Shown here piece by piece: positions 10,198-21,136 of a stretch of 64,000 nucleotides of DNA. Source of the DNA: Gammaproteobacteria bacterium (GTDB lineage Bacteria > Pseudomonadota > Gammaproteobacteria > Porifericomitales > Porifericomitaceae); assembly GCA_014238615.1 (NCBI GenBank), contig JABAAT010000016.1:894-64893 (forward strand), given 5' to 3'. Each line of letters starts with the position of its first letter. Within the stretch, counting starts at the first letter, position 1. The notes below the pieces were generated by a model. It saw only the letters and a list, made by a program, of their open reading frames with translations. It did no database searches and had not been told where the DNA came from. Both the position numbers and the translations under genes were made by a program.

Positions 10198-11099
10198 ATT
10201 GGCTCAGTAAACTGTTGCCCTCCCGGGTCAACGCGGGACAGGGCCGGCGGCGCTCCGTACCGGAGGGGCTGTGGACCAAGTGCAGCCATTGCTGCGCCGT
10301 TTTGTATCGTCCGGAACTCAAGCGTAACTTGTGGGTTTGCCCCAAGTGCGCTTTCCACATGCGCATTTCGGCCGATACGCGCCTGAAGATATTGCTGGAT
10401 ACCGAGCCGCCGCCGCGGGAGATTGGCGCCCAGGTGGCCAACATGGACCTCTTTAAATTCAAGGATATGAAACGTTACAAGGATCGCCTGCAGGATGCCC
10501 GCAGGAAGAGCGGTCTGAGTGAGGCCCTGTTGGTTTGGGAGGGGCGGTTGCGGGGTCTCCCGGTGGTGGCCTGCAGTTTTGAATTTAAATTCATGGGTGG
10601 TTCCATGGGGAGTGTTGTGGGAGAACGTTTCGTGCTCGCCGTGCAGGCCGCCCTGGAGCACGAGGCGGCGCTGCTGTGTTGCTGCTGCAGCGGCGGCGCG
10701 CGCATGCAGGAGGCCCTGCTTTCCCTCATGCAAATGGCAAAGACCGCGACCGCCCTGACGCTGTTACGCCGCCGCGGCCTGCCTTACGTGAGTGTTCTCT
10801 GTGATCCAACCACCGGGGGGGTTTCCGCCAGCCTGGCCGCCTTGGGAGACGTGATCCTGGCCGAGCCGGGCGCCCTCATCGGTTTCGCCGGACCGCGTAT
10901 CATCGAAAAGACCGTGCGCGAAAAATTGCCGGAAGGCTTTCAACGCAGTGAGAGCCTGCTCAAGCGGGGCGGGGTGGATCTGATCGTGGACCGCCGGAAA
11001 CAGCGGGAGCACCTGGCGGAGTTGTTGGCGCTGCTGATGCGGCGCCCGGCTCCGGCTCCCGTCACGGAGCTCAAGGCGCTCCCCGAAACGAGTGCGTGA
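10194..11099 (+). CDS. accD: acetyl-CoA carboxylase carboxyltransferase beta subunit
   Basis: [10 protein letters not shown] zinc ribbon, [37 protein letters not shown]. Confidence 0.97.
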   Translation: MNWLSKLLPSRVNAGQGRRRSVPEGLWTKCSHCCAVLYRPELKRNLWVCPKCAFHMRISADTRLKILLDTEPPPREIGAQVANMDLFKFKDMKRYKDRLQDARRKSGLSEALLVWEGRLRGLPVVACSFEFKFMGGSMGSVVGERFVLAVQAALEHEAALLCCCCSGGARMQEALLSLMQMAKTATALTLLRRRGLPYVSVLCDPTTGGVSASLAALGDVILAEPGALIGFAGPRIIEKTVREKLPEGFQRSESLLKRGGVDLIVDRRKQREHLAELLALLMRRPAPAPVTELKALPETSA

Positions 11100-12409
11100 A
11101 GGTGCTCGAACAGACGCAGCCGTGCGCTTCCCTGAGCCTGGAGAAATGGCTCAGGCGGCAGGAGCGAATCCATTTCCCCATGGTGGAGATGGGCCTGGAG
11201 CGTTGCCGCGAGGTGGCAGGTCGGCTTGGATTGTTGGAGCCCGGATACCAGGTCGTTACCGTGGCCGGTACCAACGGCAAGGGTTCCTGCGTGGCGATGC
11301 TGGAGTCCGTGCTGCGTTCCGCCGGCTACACAACGGGAGCTTATTATTCGCCTCACCTGCTGCGCTACAACGAGCGCATCCGCATCCATAGCCGGGAAGT
11401 GAGCGATGCGGCGCTTTGCACAGCTTTCCAAAAGATTGAAGCGGCCCGTGGAGATATTGAACTCACCTACTTTGAATTTGGCACCCTGGCCGCTTTTTAC
11501 CTGTTCCGAGAGGCGGCGGTGCAGATCACCGTGCTGGAGGTCGGCCTGGGAGGGCGCCTGGACGCCGTGAACCTGCTGGACCCCGATGTGGCCCTGGTGA
11601 CCAGTATCGATCTCGATCACCAGCGTTGGCTGGGTGCGGATCGTGAGAGCATCAGCCGGGAAAAAGCGGGGATCTTCCGGGCTGGTCGGCCTGCTGTCTG
11701 TTCCGACCCGGAACCGCCGGAGGGATTACTTCGCCGTGCCTCGGAACTGGGTGCCCCGCTGTCTCTGCCCGGTAAGGACTACCGCCTGAAAAATGGTGGA
11801 GGTGCGTGGGACTGGTATGGGCCGGACGCCGCCTGTTACCAGGAGTTGCCGCATCCGGATCAGAGGAACTCCTGCCAGTTGCAGAACGTCGGAGGCGTAC
11901 TCATGGCCTTGCACTTGTTGCGCGACTGTTTTCCGGTGCGGGAGCAGGATTTGCGTGACGGATTGAGCAAAGTGCGGTTCCCCGGGCGCTTCCAGGTCCT
12001 TCCTGGACCCCGCTGTTATATACTGGACGTGGCGCACAATCGGCAGGCGGCGCAACAGTTGAGACGCAACCTGGAGGCCTTGCCGCGGAGTGGGGCCCAG
12101 CATTTCCTGGTTGGTATGCTGGCAGATAAAGACTATGTATCGGTACTTGAGATCCTGGCACCGCTGGCCGACAGCTGCCACCTGGTGGATCTACCGGCTC
12201 CGCGCGGTGCCTCGGCGACGCGCCTGGCGGCCGCCCTGGGCGACCTTGATGTCAGCGGGTTGCGCACCCACTGTCATCCCGACGTTGCCCGGGGTCTGGG
12301 TGTGCTGCGCCGGGAATCGCGGGATGGGGATCGGATCGTGGTCTGCGGTTCTTTCCTGACGGTGGGGGAAGCGCTCAACTGTCTTGGCGCGCAGGAGTCA
12401 GGCTGGTGA
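11096..12409 (+). CDS. folC: dihydrofolate/folylpolyglutamate synthase
   Basis: [46 protein letters not shown]. Confidence 0.96.
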   Translation: MKVLEQTQPCASLSLEKWLRRQERIHFPMVEMGLERCREVAGRLGLLEPGYQVVTVAGTNGKGSCVAMLESVLRSAGYTTGAYYSPHLLRYNERIRIHSREVSDAALCTAFQKIEAARGDIELTYFEFGTLAAFYLFREAAVQITVLEVGLGGRLDAVNLLDPDVALVTSIDLDHQRWLGADRESISREKAGIFRAGRPAVCSDPEPPEGLLRRASELGAPLSLPGKDYRLKNGGGAWDWYGPDAACYQELPHPDQRNSCQLQNVGGVLMALHLLRDCFPVREQDLRDGLSKVRFPGRFQVLPGPRCYILDVAHNRQAAQQLRRNLEALPRSGAQHFLVGMLADKDYVSVLEILAPLADSCHLVDLPAPRGASATRLAAALGDLDVSGLRTHCHPDVARGLGVLRRESRDGDRIVVCGSFLTVGEALNCLGAQESGW

Positions 12410-12927
12410 ATCGAAGCTTCTGGGAGCGCGTCTTGGGCGCGGCGATCCTGCTTGCGGTGGGAGTGCTGCTTATCCCCATGCTGCTTGGTGAACCGGTGCC
12501 GCGGCCGCCGCCGCGACCGGAAAAACTGCTGCCGGAGCAGCTGTTACCCGACCTGGACCTGGAAATCCCGGCCGTGGAGGTCGCGCGCCCCGGGGAGGCT
12601 TTACAGCAAGAGCGGGAAGGCGGGTTGCTCGGCATGCAGTCGGCGCCGCCAGGCGTGGCGGCTCCCACGCCGCCCCCGGCGCTTGCGGGGCAGACGACCT
12701 GGAGCGTGCAGGTTTCCAGTTTCAGGGAACGGGCCCCGGCCGAAAAACTGCGGGACAAACTGCGCCGTGCGGCCTATCCGGCCTTTATCCGTGATGTGGA
12801 TCGGGGCGGGGTCTCGTGGTACCAGGTGAAAGTTGGAGCGGAGACGCACCGAGACGGGGCGGAACGCTTGCGCCAACGCTTGCGGCAGGTTTTCGCCTTG
12901 GAGGGGCTGGTGACCCGCGAGCCATGA
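12406..12927 (+). CDS. dedD: SPOR-domain cell division protein DedD
   Basis: N-terminal ERVLGAAILLAVGVLLIPML anchor, C-terminal SPOR (WSVQVSSF...A..LRDKL...YPAF); folC-dedD-cvpA synteny. Confidence 0.85.
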   Translation: MNRSFWERVLGAAILLAVGVLLIPMLLGEPVPRPPPRPEKLLPEQLLPDLDLEIPAVEVARPGEALQQEREGGLLGMQSAPPGVAAPTPPPALAGQTTWSVQVSSFRERAPAEKLRDKLRRAAYPAFIRDVDRGGVSWYQVKVGAETHRDGAERLRQRLRQVFALEGLVTREP

Positions 12928-12982
12928 ACGGCGCTCCGTCAAAACGGACGAAAGCCCCGCGGCGGCGCCCGGAAGTCACGGT

Positions 12983-13498
12983 ATGAATTACTGTGACTGG
13001 GGTTTCGTGGGGGTGATACTCGTCTGCTCGTTGTGCGGATGGCTGGGCGGCCTGTTTAGCGCGCTTAGCACCATGCTTGCCTGGGGAGGGGCCTTGTGGC
13101 TGGCGTTTCTCTCCGCGCCCAAGGCGGTGGAAATATTGCAAGGCTTCAACATGGAGAGCGATCTTGTCGTACTTGTTTCGGTGCTGGGCGGTTTCGCCGC
13201 CTGGCTGATCCTGGTGCTGCTGTTGATGCATTTACTGCTGTTGCTGGTACATAGATTCCCCGGGAAACGGCTCCTGGGCGGTCTCTTGTGTGGCATGCTG
13301 AACGGCCTGTGGATCTCCCTGGTAGTGGTTTTCCTGGTGGGCTTTACCGTCCTTCCGGAGGTGTCTATATGGCGCGAGAGCCATGTGCAAAAGTTTTTGA
13401 CCCGGCCGGCCGGGTGGTTCTGGCGGGTTCTGCCGAATGCCTCGTCCGAGGTCCGTGACGCGTGGTCGCCGCCGCCCGCTGACAGCTGGGAGCCATAA
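12983..13498 (+). CDS. cvpA: CvpA family membrane protein
   Basis: MNYCD..ILVCS..G..GG, four hydrophobic helices, RLLGG, WRES; lies directly before purF. Confidence 0.8.
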   Translation: MNYCDWGFVGVILVCSLCGWLGGLFSALSTMLAWGGALWLAFLSAPKAVEILQGFNMESDLVVLVSVLGGFAAWLILVLLLMHLLLLLVHRFPGKRLLGGLLCGMLNGLWISLVVVFLVGFTVLPEVSIWRESHVQKFLTRPAGWFWRVLPNASSEVRDAWSPPPADSWEP

Positions 13499-13501
13499 GC
13501 G

Positions 13502-14998
<1,497 letters not shown>

Positions 14999-15022
14999 CG
15001 AAGTCCCACCCGGAGTCACGAC

Positions 15023-15595
15023 ATGGCCGCATACAACACCAACGAATTCAAAAGCGGATTGAAAGTGCTGATTGATGGGGACCCCTGTTCCATCATTGAG
15101 AATGAATTCATTAAGCCCGGCAAGGGCCAGGCGTTCAACCGCGTGAAATACCGCAACCTGAAGAACGGCCGGGTGCTCGAGAGGAATATTCGCTCCGGGG
15201 AGAGCGTGGAAGCCGCCGAGGTGCAGGAACGGGAGATGCAGTTTCTTTACCAGGACGACGCGACCTGGAATTTCATGGATCCGGTCAGCTACGAACAGGT
15301 GGCCGCCGGGACGGGGGCGATGGCGGAGGCTGGGCGCTGGTTGCAGGGGCAGGAAATGTGCCAGGTAGTGGTTTGGAAGGGGTCGCCCATCAGTGTGTCG
15401 GCCCCCCAGTTCGTGGTGTTGCGCGTGCGCGAGACCGCGCCGGGGGTGCGCGGCGATACGGCCGGCGGCGGCGGTAAACCGGCAACCGTGGGAAATGATG
15501 TGGTCATCAGGGTGCCGCTCTTCGTGGAGCAGGGGGAACTCGTGAAAGTGGATACGCGTACCGCGACCTACGTGGGCCGCGCCGTAGAGAACTAA
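15023..15595 (+). CDS. efp: elongation factor P (PGKG type)
   Basis: KPGKGQAFNR loop, PGVRGDTA, KPAT, VPLFVEQGE..KVDTR; GGAG RBS. Confidence 0.96.
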   Translation: MAAYNTNEFKSGLKVLIDGDPCSIIENEFIKPGKGQAFNRVKYRNLKNGRVLERNIRSGESVEAAEVQEREMQFLYQDDATWNFMDPVSYEQVAAGTGAMAEAGRWLQGQEMCQVVVWKGSPISVSAPQFVVLRVRETAPGVRGDTAGGGGKPATVGNDVVIRVPLFVEQGELVKVDTRTATYVGRAVEN

Positions 15596-15631
15596 CTGGC
15601 TTTCCAGCGACAAGGACCGGTACCGGGGCGG

Positions 15632-16180
15632 GTGCGCATTATCGGCGGCCGCTGGCGGCGGCGCCTGTTGCCGGTGGAAATTCTGCCCGGGCTGCGTCCC
15701 ACCCCGGATCGGGCCCGGGAAACCCTGTTCAACTGGCTTGGAGCGCGACTGCCAGGGGCGCATTGCCTGGATCTGTTTGCGGGAAGCGGGGTGCTGGGCC
15801 TGGAGGCCTTGTCGCGTGGCGCGGCCGCGGTTGTGCTGGTGGAGAGGCACCCGTTGCTGGGTCGGCGGTTGCGCGAGCAGCTGCGGCGCCTGAAGGCCGG
15901 TCCCCAGGCGCGCTTGTGGGAGGCGGAGGCCGTTGCCTGGCTGCGGCGTGCGCCCGGCGTCTTTGACATTGTCTTTTTAGATCCGCCTTACACGAGCGGC
16001 CTGGCGGGCCCCTGCTGCGAACTGCTGCTGGAGCGCGGTCTGCTTACCCCGGGAGCGCGGCTTTCCCTGGAAAGCGATGCAACGGCGCCGCCGCCGGTGT
16101 TGCCGGCGAGCCTCCAAAGGCTGCGCTGCCGCTGTTTCGGCCGCAGCCGACTTTGCCTGCTCGGCTTACCCGACGGTTAG
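15632..16180 (+). CDS. rsmD: 16S rRNA m2G966 methyltransferase
   Basis: RIIGGRWRRR, LRPTPDRARETLFNWL, LDLFAGSGVLGLEALSRGA, FLDPPY. Confidence 0.95.
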   Translation: MRIIGGRWRRRLLPVEILPGLRPTPDRARETLFNWLGARLPGAHCLDLFAGSGVLGLEALSRGAAAVVLVERHPLLGRRLREQLRRLKAGPQARLWEAEAVAWLRRAPGVFDIVFLDPPYTSGLAGPCCELLLERGLLTPGARLSLESDATAPPPVLPASLQRLRCRCFGRSRLCLLGLPDG

Positions 16181-16242
16181 CCTGGCGACGGTTAGCCTGG
16201 CGACGGTTAGCCTGGCGACGGTTAGCCTGGCGACGGTTAGCC
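16171..16242 (+). repeat. 15-bp tandem repeat x4.8 starting over the rsmD stop codon
   Basis: cgacggttagcctgg perfect x4 then cgacggttagcc; no spacers. Confidence 0.95.
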
Positions 16243-16286
16243 GGGTTGTCAGCTGTTCCCTTGGGAGGATGCGCCCTGCGAAAGCT

Positions 16287-19088
16287 TCAGGTGGCCGGAA
16301 GAGTTTCGGCGGCCGCCTCGGCATAAGACGTGACACGCACCGCGCAATACTTGAACTCGGGGATCTTACCCTGTGGATCCAACTTTGGATTGGTGAGCAG
16401 GTTCGCGGCCGCCTCCCGGTAGCAAAAAGCCATGAAAACGGTGCCCGGCTGCAAGCCGGAATCCTTCCGAACGATGGCCCGCAGGAGGCCGCGCCTGGAT
16501 TCCACCTGAAGCAAGTCTCCGGGTGCCGCCCCCAGGGTCTGGATGTCGTCTGGGTGCAGGGATACCACCGGCTCAGGCTCAATGGCGTTCAGCACCGTGG
16601 CGGCGCGCGTCATACTGCCGGTATGCCAGTGCTCCAGCTGCCTGCCGGTGATGAACACGAAGGGATATTCCTCGCTGGGAAGTTCGTCGGCGTGGCGGTA
16701 CACGGCCGGTACGAATTTTCCCTTGCCGTCCGGGGTGGGGAAGCCGCCCTGAAACAGGATCGGCTGCCCGGGGTCGCCTGGTTTTGTGAGCGGATAAGTC
16801 AGGGAGTCCTCTTTTTCCAGCCGTTCCCAGGTCATGCCGCTGATGCTGGGCATGGCCTTCAGGAGTTCATCAAAGACCTGCCTGGGAGATTCGTAGTGCC
16901 AATCCAGTCCCATGCGCCGGGCCAACTCCTGGATGATCCAGAGGTCCTGGCGCGCCTCACCGGGGGACTCAATGGCCTGGCGTCCCAGTTGCACGCGGCG
17001 ATCGGTGTTGGTGAAGGTGCCGGTTTTTTCCGGGAAGGCCGAGGCGGGCAGGATCACGTCCGCGAAGCCGGCCGTCTCCGTGAAAAAGATATCCTGCACC
17101 ACCAACCAGTCCAGCTTCGCCAGCATCTCCCTGACATGCTCCAGGTCGGGGTCGGACATGGCTGGATTCTCTCCCATGACGTACATGCCGCGGATATCAC
17201 CCTGCCCGATCCCGTTAATGGTTTCTACCACGGTGAGCCCGGGTTCGGGATCCAGGTGCGCATTCCAGAGCTGTTCGAAATGACGCCGGGCTTTCAGGTC
17301 GCTGACTGCCTGGTAATCGGGGAAGACCATGGGGATCAGGCCCACGTCCGAGGCGCCCTGTACGTTGTTTTGGCCGCGCAAGGGGTGCAGTCCGGTGCCG
17401 GGGCGTCCGATCTGCCCGGTGAGCAGGGCCAGGGAAATCAGGCAGCGGGCGTTGTCGGTGCCGTGTGTGTGCTGCGAGATGCCCATGCCCCAGAAGATCA
17501 TGGAGCCGGAGGCCCTGGCGTACAGGCGTGCCACCTCGCGCAGGGTCTCTGCGGGGATGCCGCAGATGGGGGCTACCTGTTCGGGGCTGTAGTCTGCGAG
17601 GTTGGCCTTCAATGCGTCAAATCCGGAGGTATGTGCGCGTATGTAGGCATCATTCTGCAGTTTCTCGTCCAGGATGGCGCGCATGATGCCGTTCAGCAGG
17701 GGCACGTCGGTGTCCGGCCGGAACTGCAGGAAGTAACTCGCATGGCGCGCCAGGTCGGAGCGGTATGGGTCGATCAGGATCAGGGTCTTGCCCTGGCGGA
17801 CGGCGTTTTTTATGAAGGTGGCCGCCACCGGGTGGTTCACGGTGGGACGGGCGCCGATGATCAGAATGACTTCCGCATCCGCCACGTCGGCCACCTGGTT
17901 GGAAACGGCCCCGGAGCCGATGCATTCAAGCAGGGCGGCCACCGAGGATGCATGGCAGAGGCGCGTACAGTGGTCCACGTTGTTTGAGCCGAAACCGGTG
18001 CGCACCAGCTTTTGGAACAGGTAGGCTTCTTCGTTGCTGCCCTTGGCGGAGCCGAAGCCAGCCAGGCTGCGCGGCCCGTCCCGCTCGCGCAGTTTGCACA
18101 GTCGCTCGGCGGCCGTGTCCAGGGCTTCATCCCAGTCGACCTCTCGGAACACTTCGTGCATGCGCTCGGGTGGAACGAGGGTGGCATGCTTTGGAGCGTC
18201 AGGGCGCCGTATGAGCGGTCGCAGCAGGCGTCCCTGGTGATGGACGTAATCGAAGCCGTAGCGTCCCTTGACGCACAGGCGGGAATGGTTGGTCTCCCCG
18301 TCACGGCCGTTGACATACAGGATGCGGTTGTCGCGCACGTGGTACTTGAGCAGGCAGCCCACCCCGCAATAGGGGCAGACCGAGTCTACTTTGCGTTCGG
18401 TCTCCTGGAGCACGTTCTCGCCAGCCGGCATGAGCGCGCCGGTGGGACAGGCCTGTACGCATTCGCCGCAGCCTACGCAGGTGCTTTGGCCCATGGGATC
18501 CTGCATGTCGAAAACAACCAGGGAATGTTCGCCGCGATGGGCGTAACCCAGCACGTCGTTGACCTGCTCCTCACGGCAGGCGCGCACACAGCGGGTGCAT
18601 TGGATGCAGGCGTCCAGGTGCACGCTGATGCCGGGGTGAGAGTTGTCCGGGGGCGGCTGGGAACGGCCCGGGAAACGCGGCTGCTTTAGCTGCAATGCCT
18701 GGGCCCAGTGGTGCAATTCGGAGTCGCGCTGGTAGGGCGCCTGCTCCCGCGGCGGCATGTCCGCAAGCAGCAGTTCCAGCACCAGCTTTTGGGAGAGCCG
18801 GGAGCGTTCGTTGGCGCTCTCAACCCGCATGCCCGCGGTGGGGCGGCGCCAACAGGAGGGGGCTAACACCCGCTCGCCCTCGATCTCCACCATGCAGGCG
18901 CGGCAGTTGCCGTCCGGGCGGTACCCGGGTTTGTGGCACAGGCGAGGGATTTCCACGCCATGGCGGTCGGCCGCCTCCAGGATGGTTTCTTCCGGCAGGG
19001 CGCTGATTTCTCGTCCGTCCAGGGTGAAGCGCACGGACTGGGGCGGAGCCTGGATTGTTGGAGCCTGGGCTGTTGCTTGAGTGGCCAT
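16287..19088 (-). CDS. fdh1A: NAD-dependent formate dehydrogenase alpha subunit (Mo/W-bisPGD, Cys ligand; FDH1-type)
   Basis: N-terminal 2Fe-2S (IPRLC..DGNCRACMVE), two 4Fe-4S motifs, CPYCGVGC, NNVDHCTRLCHASS, PLRGQNNVQG, KIPEFKYC; ATG at 19088 overlaps the beta-subunit TGA. Confidence 0.93.
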   Translation of the reverse strand: MATQATAQAPTIQAPPQSVRFTLDGREISALPEETILEAADRHGVEIPRLCHKPGYRPDGNCRACMVEIEGERVLAPSCWRRPTAGMRVESANERSRLSQKLVLELLLADMPPREQAPYQRDSELHHWAQALQLKQPRFPGRSQPPPDNSHPGISVHLDACIQCTRCVRACREEQVNDVLGYAHRGEHSLVVFDMQDPMGQSTCVGCGECVQACPTGALMPAGENVLQETERKVDSVCPYCGVGCLLKYHVRDNRILYVNGRDGETNHSRLCVKGRYGFDYVHHQGRLLRPLIRRPDAPKHATLVPPERMHEVFREVDWDEALDTAAERLCKLRERDGPRSLAGFGSAKGSNEEAYLFQKLVRTGFGSNNVDHCTRLCHASSVAALLECIGSGAVSNQVADVADAEVILIIGARPTVNHPVAATFIKNAVRQGKTLILIDPYRSDLARHASYFLQFRPDTDVPLLNGIMRAILDEKLQNDAYIRAHTSGFDALKANLADYSPEQVAPICGIPAETLREVARLYARASGSMIFWGMGISQHTHGTDNARCLISLALLTGQIGRPGTGLHPLRGQNNVQGASDVGLIPMVFPDYQAVSDLKARRHFEQLWNAHLDPEPGLTVVETINGIGQGDIRGMYVMGENPAMSDPDLEHVREMLAKLDWLVVQDIFFTETAGFADVILPASAFPEKTGTFTNTDRRVQLGRQAIESPGEARQDLWIIQELARRMGLDWHYESPRQVFDELLKAMPSISGMTWERLEKEDSLTYPLTKPGDPGQPILFQGGFPTPDGKGKFVPAVYRHADELPSEEYPFVFITGRQLEHWHTGSMTRAATVLNAIEPEPVVSLHPDDIQTLGAAPGDLLQVESRRGLLRAIVRKDSGLQPGTVFMAFCYREAAANLLTNPKLDPQGKIPEFKYCAVRVTSYAEAAAETLPAT

Positions 19089-20809
19089 CAGTTGAACTCC
19101 TGTGGGAAGTAGCGCATGGCACAGAGCAGGGGATTGGGTGCGGCCTGCCCGAGACCGCAGATGGAGGAATCGGCCATGACCTGTGAGAGTTCTTCCAACA
19201 GCGGCCGATCCCAATGCTCCCGTTCCATCAGGTGTACGGCCTTGATGGTGCCTGCCCGGCAGGGGGTGCATTGACCGCAGGATTCGTGCGCGAAGAAGCG
19301 CATGGCGTTTAGCGCGGCGCGGCGTACGCTGTCCTTCTGGGAGAGTATGATGATGGCCGCGGAGCCGATGAAGCAGCCGTGTTCGTGCAGGGTGTCAAAG
19401 TCCAGCGGCACGTCCGCGGCCAGGGAGGCCGGCAGGATGCCACCCGAGGCGCCGCCGGGGAAGAAGGCGTACAACTCGTGACCCGGCAGCATGCCGCCGC
19501 AATATTCGTCGATCAGTTCGCGCGCCGAGATGCCAGCCGGGGCCAGGTGCACACCCGGTTTACAAACCCGGCCGCTCACCGAAAAGGAGCGCAGGCCCTG
19601 CCGCCCGCGCCGCCCATGGCGGGAGAATTCCTCACCGCCCTGCTGCACAATGTCCCGCACCCAGTGCAGGGTTTCCAGGTTGTGTTCCAGGGTAGGACGA
19701 TTGAACAGTCCAACCTGGGCCACGAAAGGGGGGCGTAGCCGGGGCATGCCGCGCTTGCCTTCGATGGACTCGATCATGGCCGATTCCTCGCCGCAGATGT
19801 AGGCCCCCGCGCCGCGCCGCAGTTGCAGTTCCGGCAGCGGCGCACCGGGCGGGTCGTTGCGCAGGGCCTCCAATTCCTCTTCCAGCAGGCGCCTGCAACC
19901 GGCGTATTCGTCGCGCAGATAGAGATAGACGGTCTGCGCCTCGATGGCCCAGGCTGCGATGAGTGTGCCCTCCAGGAAGCGGTGCGGGTCGCGCTCCAGG
20001 TAATAGCGATCCTTAAAGGTGCCGGGCTCACCTTCGTCAATGTTTATCGCGATGAGGCGCGGCCCCTGCTGCCCGCGCAGTATCTCCCACTTTTTGGCCG
20101 CCGGGAAGCCGGCGCCGCCCAGGCCGCGCAGGCCGGATTTTTTCAGTTCCTTCAGTATCTCGTCAACGCTGCGCCGGCCTTCCAGGCAGTCAGCGAGGAG
20201 GCGATAGCCGCCTGTCTCCCGGTATGCCTGGTAACGGATCACGTCCGGCGGTACGTTGTCTTCAACCCGGCCGGTGCGTACGGTTTCCATGACCGCGTCC
20301 GGTGTGGTCCGCTCCAGGGGAAAAGTCCCCGCCACAGCCACGGGAGCGGCCGCGCACCGCCCCACGCAAGGCACCCGCTGCACCCGGAAGCGCCCCCCGG
20401 AGTGTTGCGCCTCCCGCTCCAACGTTTCGGCCAGGCCCGTCGCACCGAACATCTCGCAGACCACCGAGTCGCAGACCCGCACGGTCAATTTCGGGAGCGG
20501 GGGCGCATCGTCCTCGGGCAGATCGAAGTGGTGATAGAAAGAGGCGGTCTCGTAAACCTCCACCATGGACAGGCGTAATTCTTCCGCGAGTGCGCCCATG
20601 TGGGCCCTGGATAGTTGCTGATAACGATCCTGAATGCGGTGCAGGTACTCGATAAGCAGATCGCGGCGGCGCGGCTCTTCCCCGAGCAGGGCGCGCACTT
20701 CGTCGCGCGCCCGGACCGACACGGTGCGCCCGCGCACCTGGCCCCGGCGGCGTTTGGAGGGCACGGGCCGGCGGTCTGTTTTTCCCAACTCTGGCTCAGA
20801 CTGCGACAT
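19088..20809 (-). CDS. fdh1B: formate dehydrogenase beta subunit (NuoE-NuoF fusion; FMN/NAD binding)
   Basis: RRDLLIEYLHRIQD, VRVCDSVVC, PCVGRC, GLRGLGGAGFP, DEGEPGTFKDR, GAGAYICGEESA, ESCGQCTPCR, SICGLGQAA; likely ATG at 20809. Confidence 0.92.
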   Translation of the reverse strand: MSQSEPELGKTDRRPVPSKRRRGQVRGRTVSVRARDEVRALLGEEPRRRDLLIEYLHRIQDRYQQLSRAHMGALAEELRLSMVEVYETASFYHHFDLPEDDAPPLPKLTVRVCDSVVCEMFGATGLAETLEREAQHSGGRFRVQRVPCVGRCAAAPVAVAGTFPLERTTPDAVMETVRTGRVEDNVPPDVIRYQAYRETGGYRLLADCLEGRRSVDEILKELKKSGLRGLGGAGFPAAKKWEILRGQQGPRLIAINIDEGEPGTFKDRYYLERDPHRFLEGTLIAAWAIEAQTVYLYLRDEYAGCRRLLEEELEALRNDPPGAPLPELQLRRGAGAYICGEESAMIESIEGKRGMPRLRPPFVAQVGLFNRPTLEHNLETLHWVRDIVQQGGEEFSRHGRRGRQGLRSFSVSGRVCKPGVHLAPAGISARELIDEYCGGMLPGHELYAFFPGGASGGILPASLAADVPLDFDTLHEHGCFIGSAAIIILSQKDSVRRAALNAMRFFAHESCGQCTPCRAGTIKAVHLMEREHWDRPLLEELSQVMADSSICGLGQAAPNPLLCAMRYFPQEFN

Positions 20810-21136
20810 GATGAAACTTGCAGTTTTCCAACACAAGAGACCTTAAAAACCAGGAGATTTAAAGATCCATATGACCGGCAGGAACCAGGGTTGCCCCGTA
20901 GCCCGGCCGCCACGCGCGCCCGGCCCGAGTTCAGACACCCGTCCCAGCCACCAGCTGCAGCCCCACCTGAAAACAGGATGTGACATGCGGCGGATTAATG
21001 CACGGTCCGACTCCCCGACACCTTCAGGCCACCGGAGTCTGATCCTTCGAAGCAGAAAGCATAGCAGGTTTTACGGGGCCACGCCGCCCGGCGCCGGTCT
21101 CGGCCGGTGGGTGTCCCATGCTTCGGATCGCCGCTG

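Noticed and set aside
16171-16242. CRISPR-like array
   Set aside because: 15-bp units are head to tail with no spacers, and there are no cas genes
16077-17987. 636-aa plus-strand ORF and other long antisense ORFs (e.g. 32934-34061, 53053-54321, 61266-62426)
   Set aside because: Shadow frames of well-supported genes in high-GC DNA; no recognisable motifs
17940-17990. Selenocysteine recoding in the FDH alpha subunit
   Set aside because: Active site reads CTRLCHASS with a normal Cys codon; no in-frame TGA; the tRNA here is Ser(UGA), not Sec(UCA)
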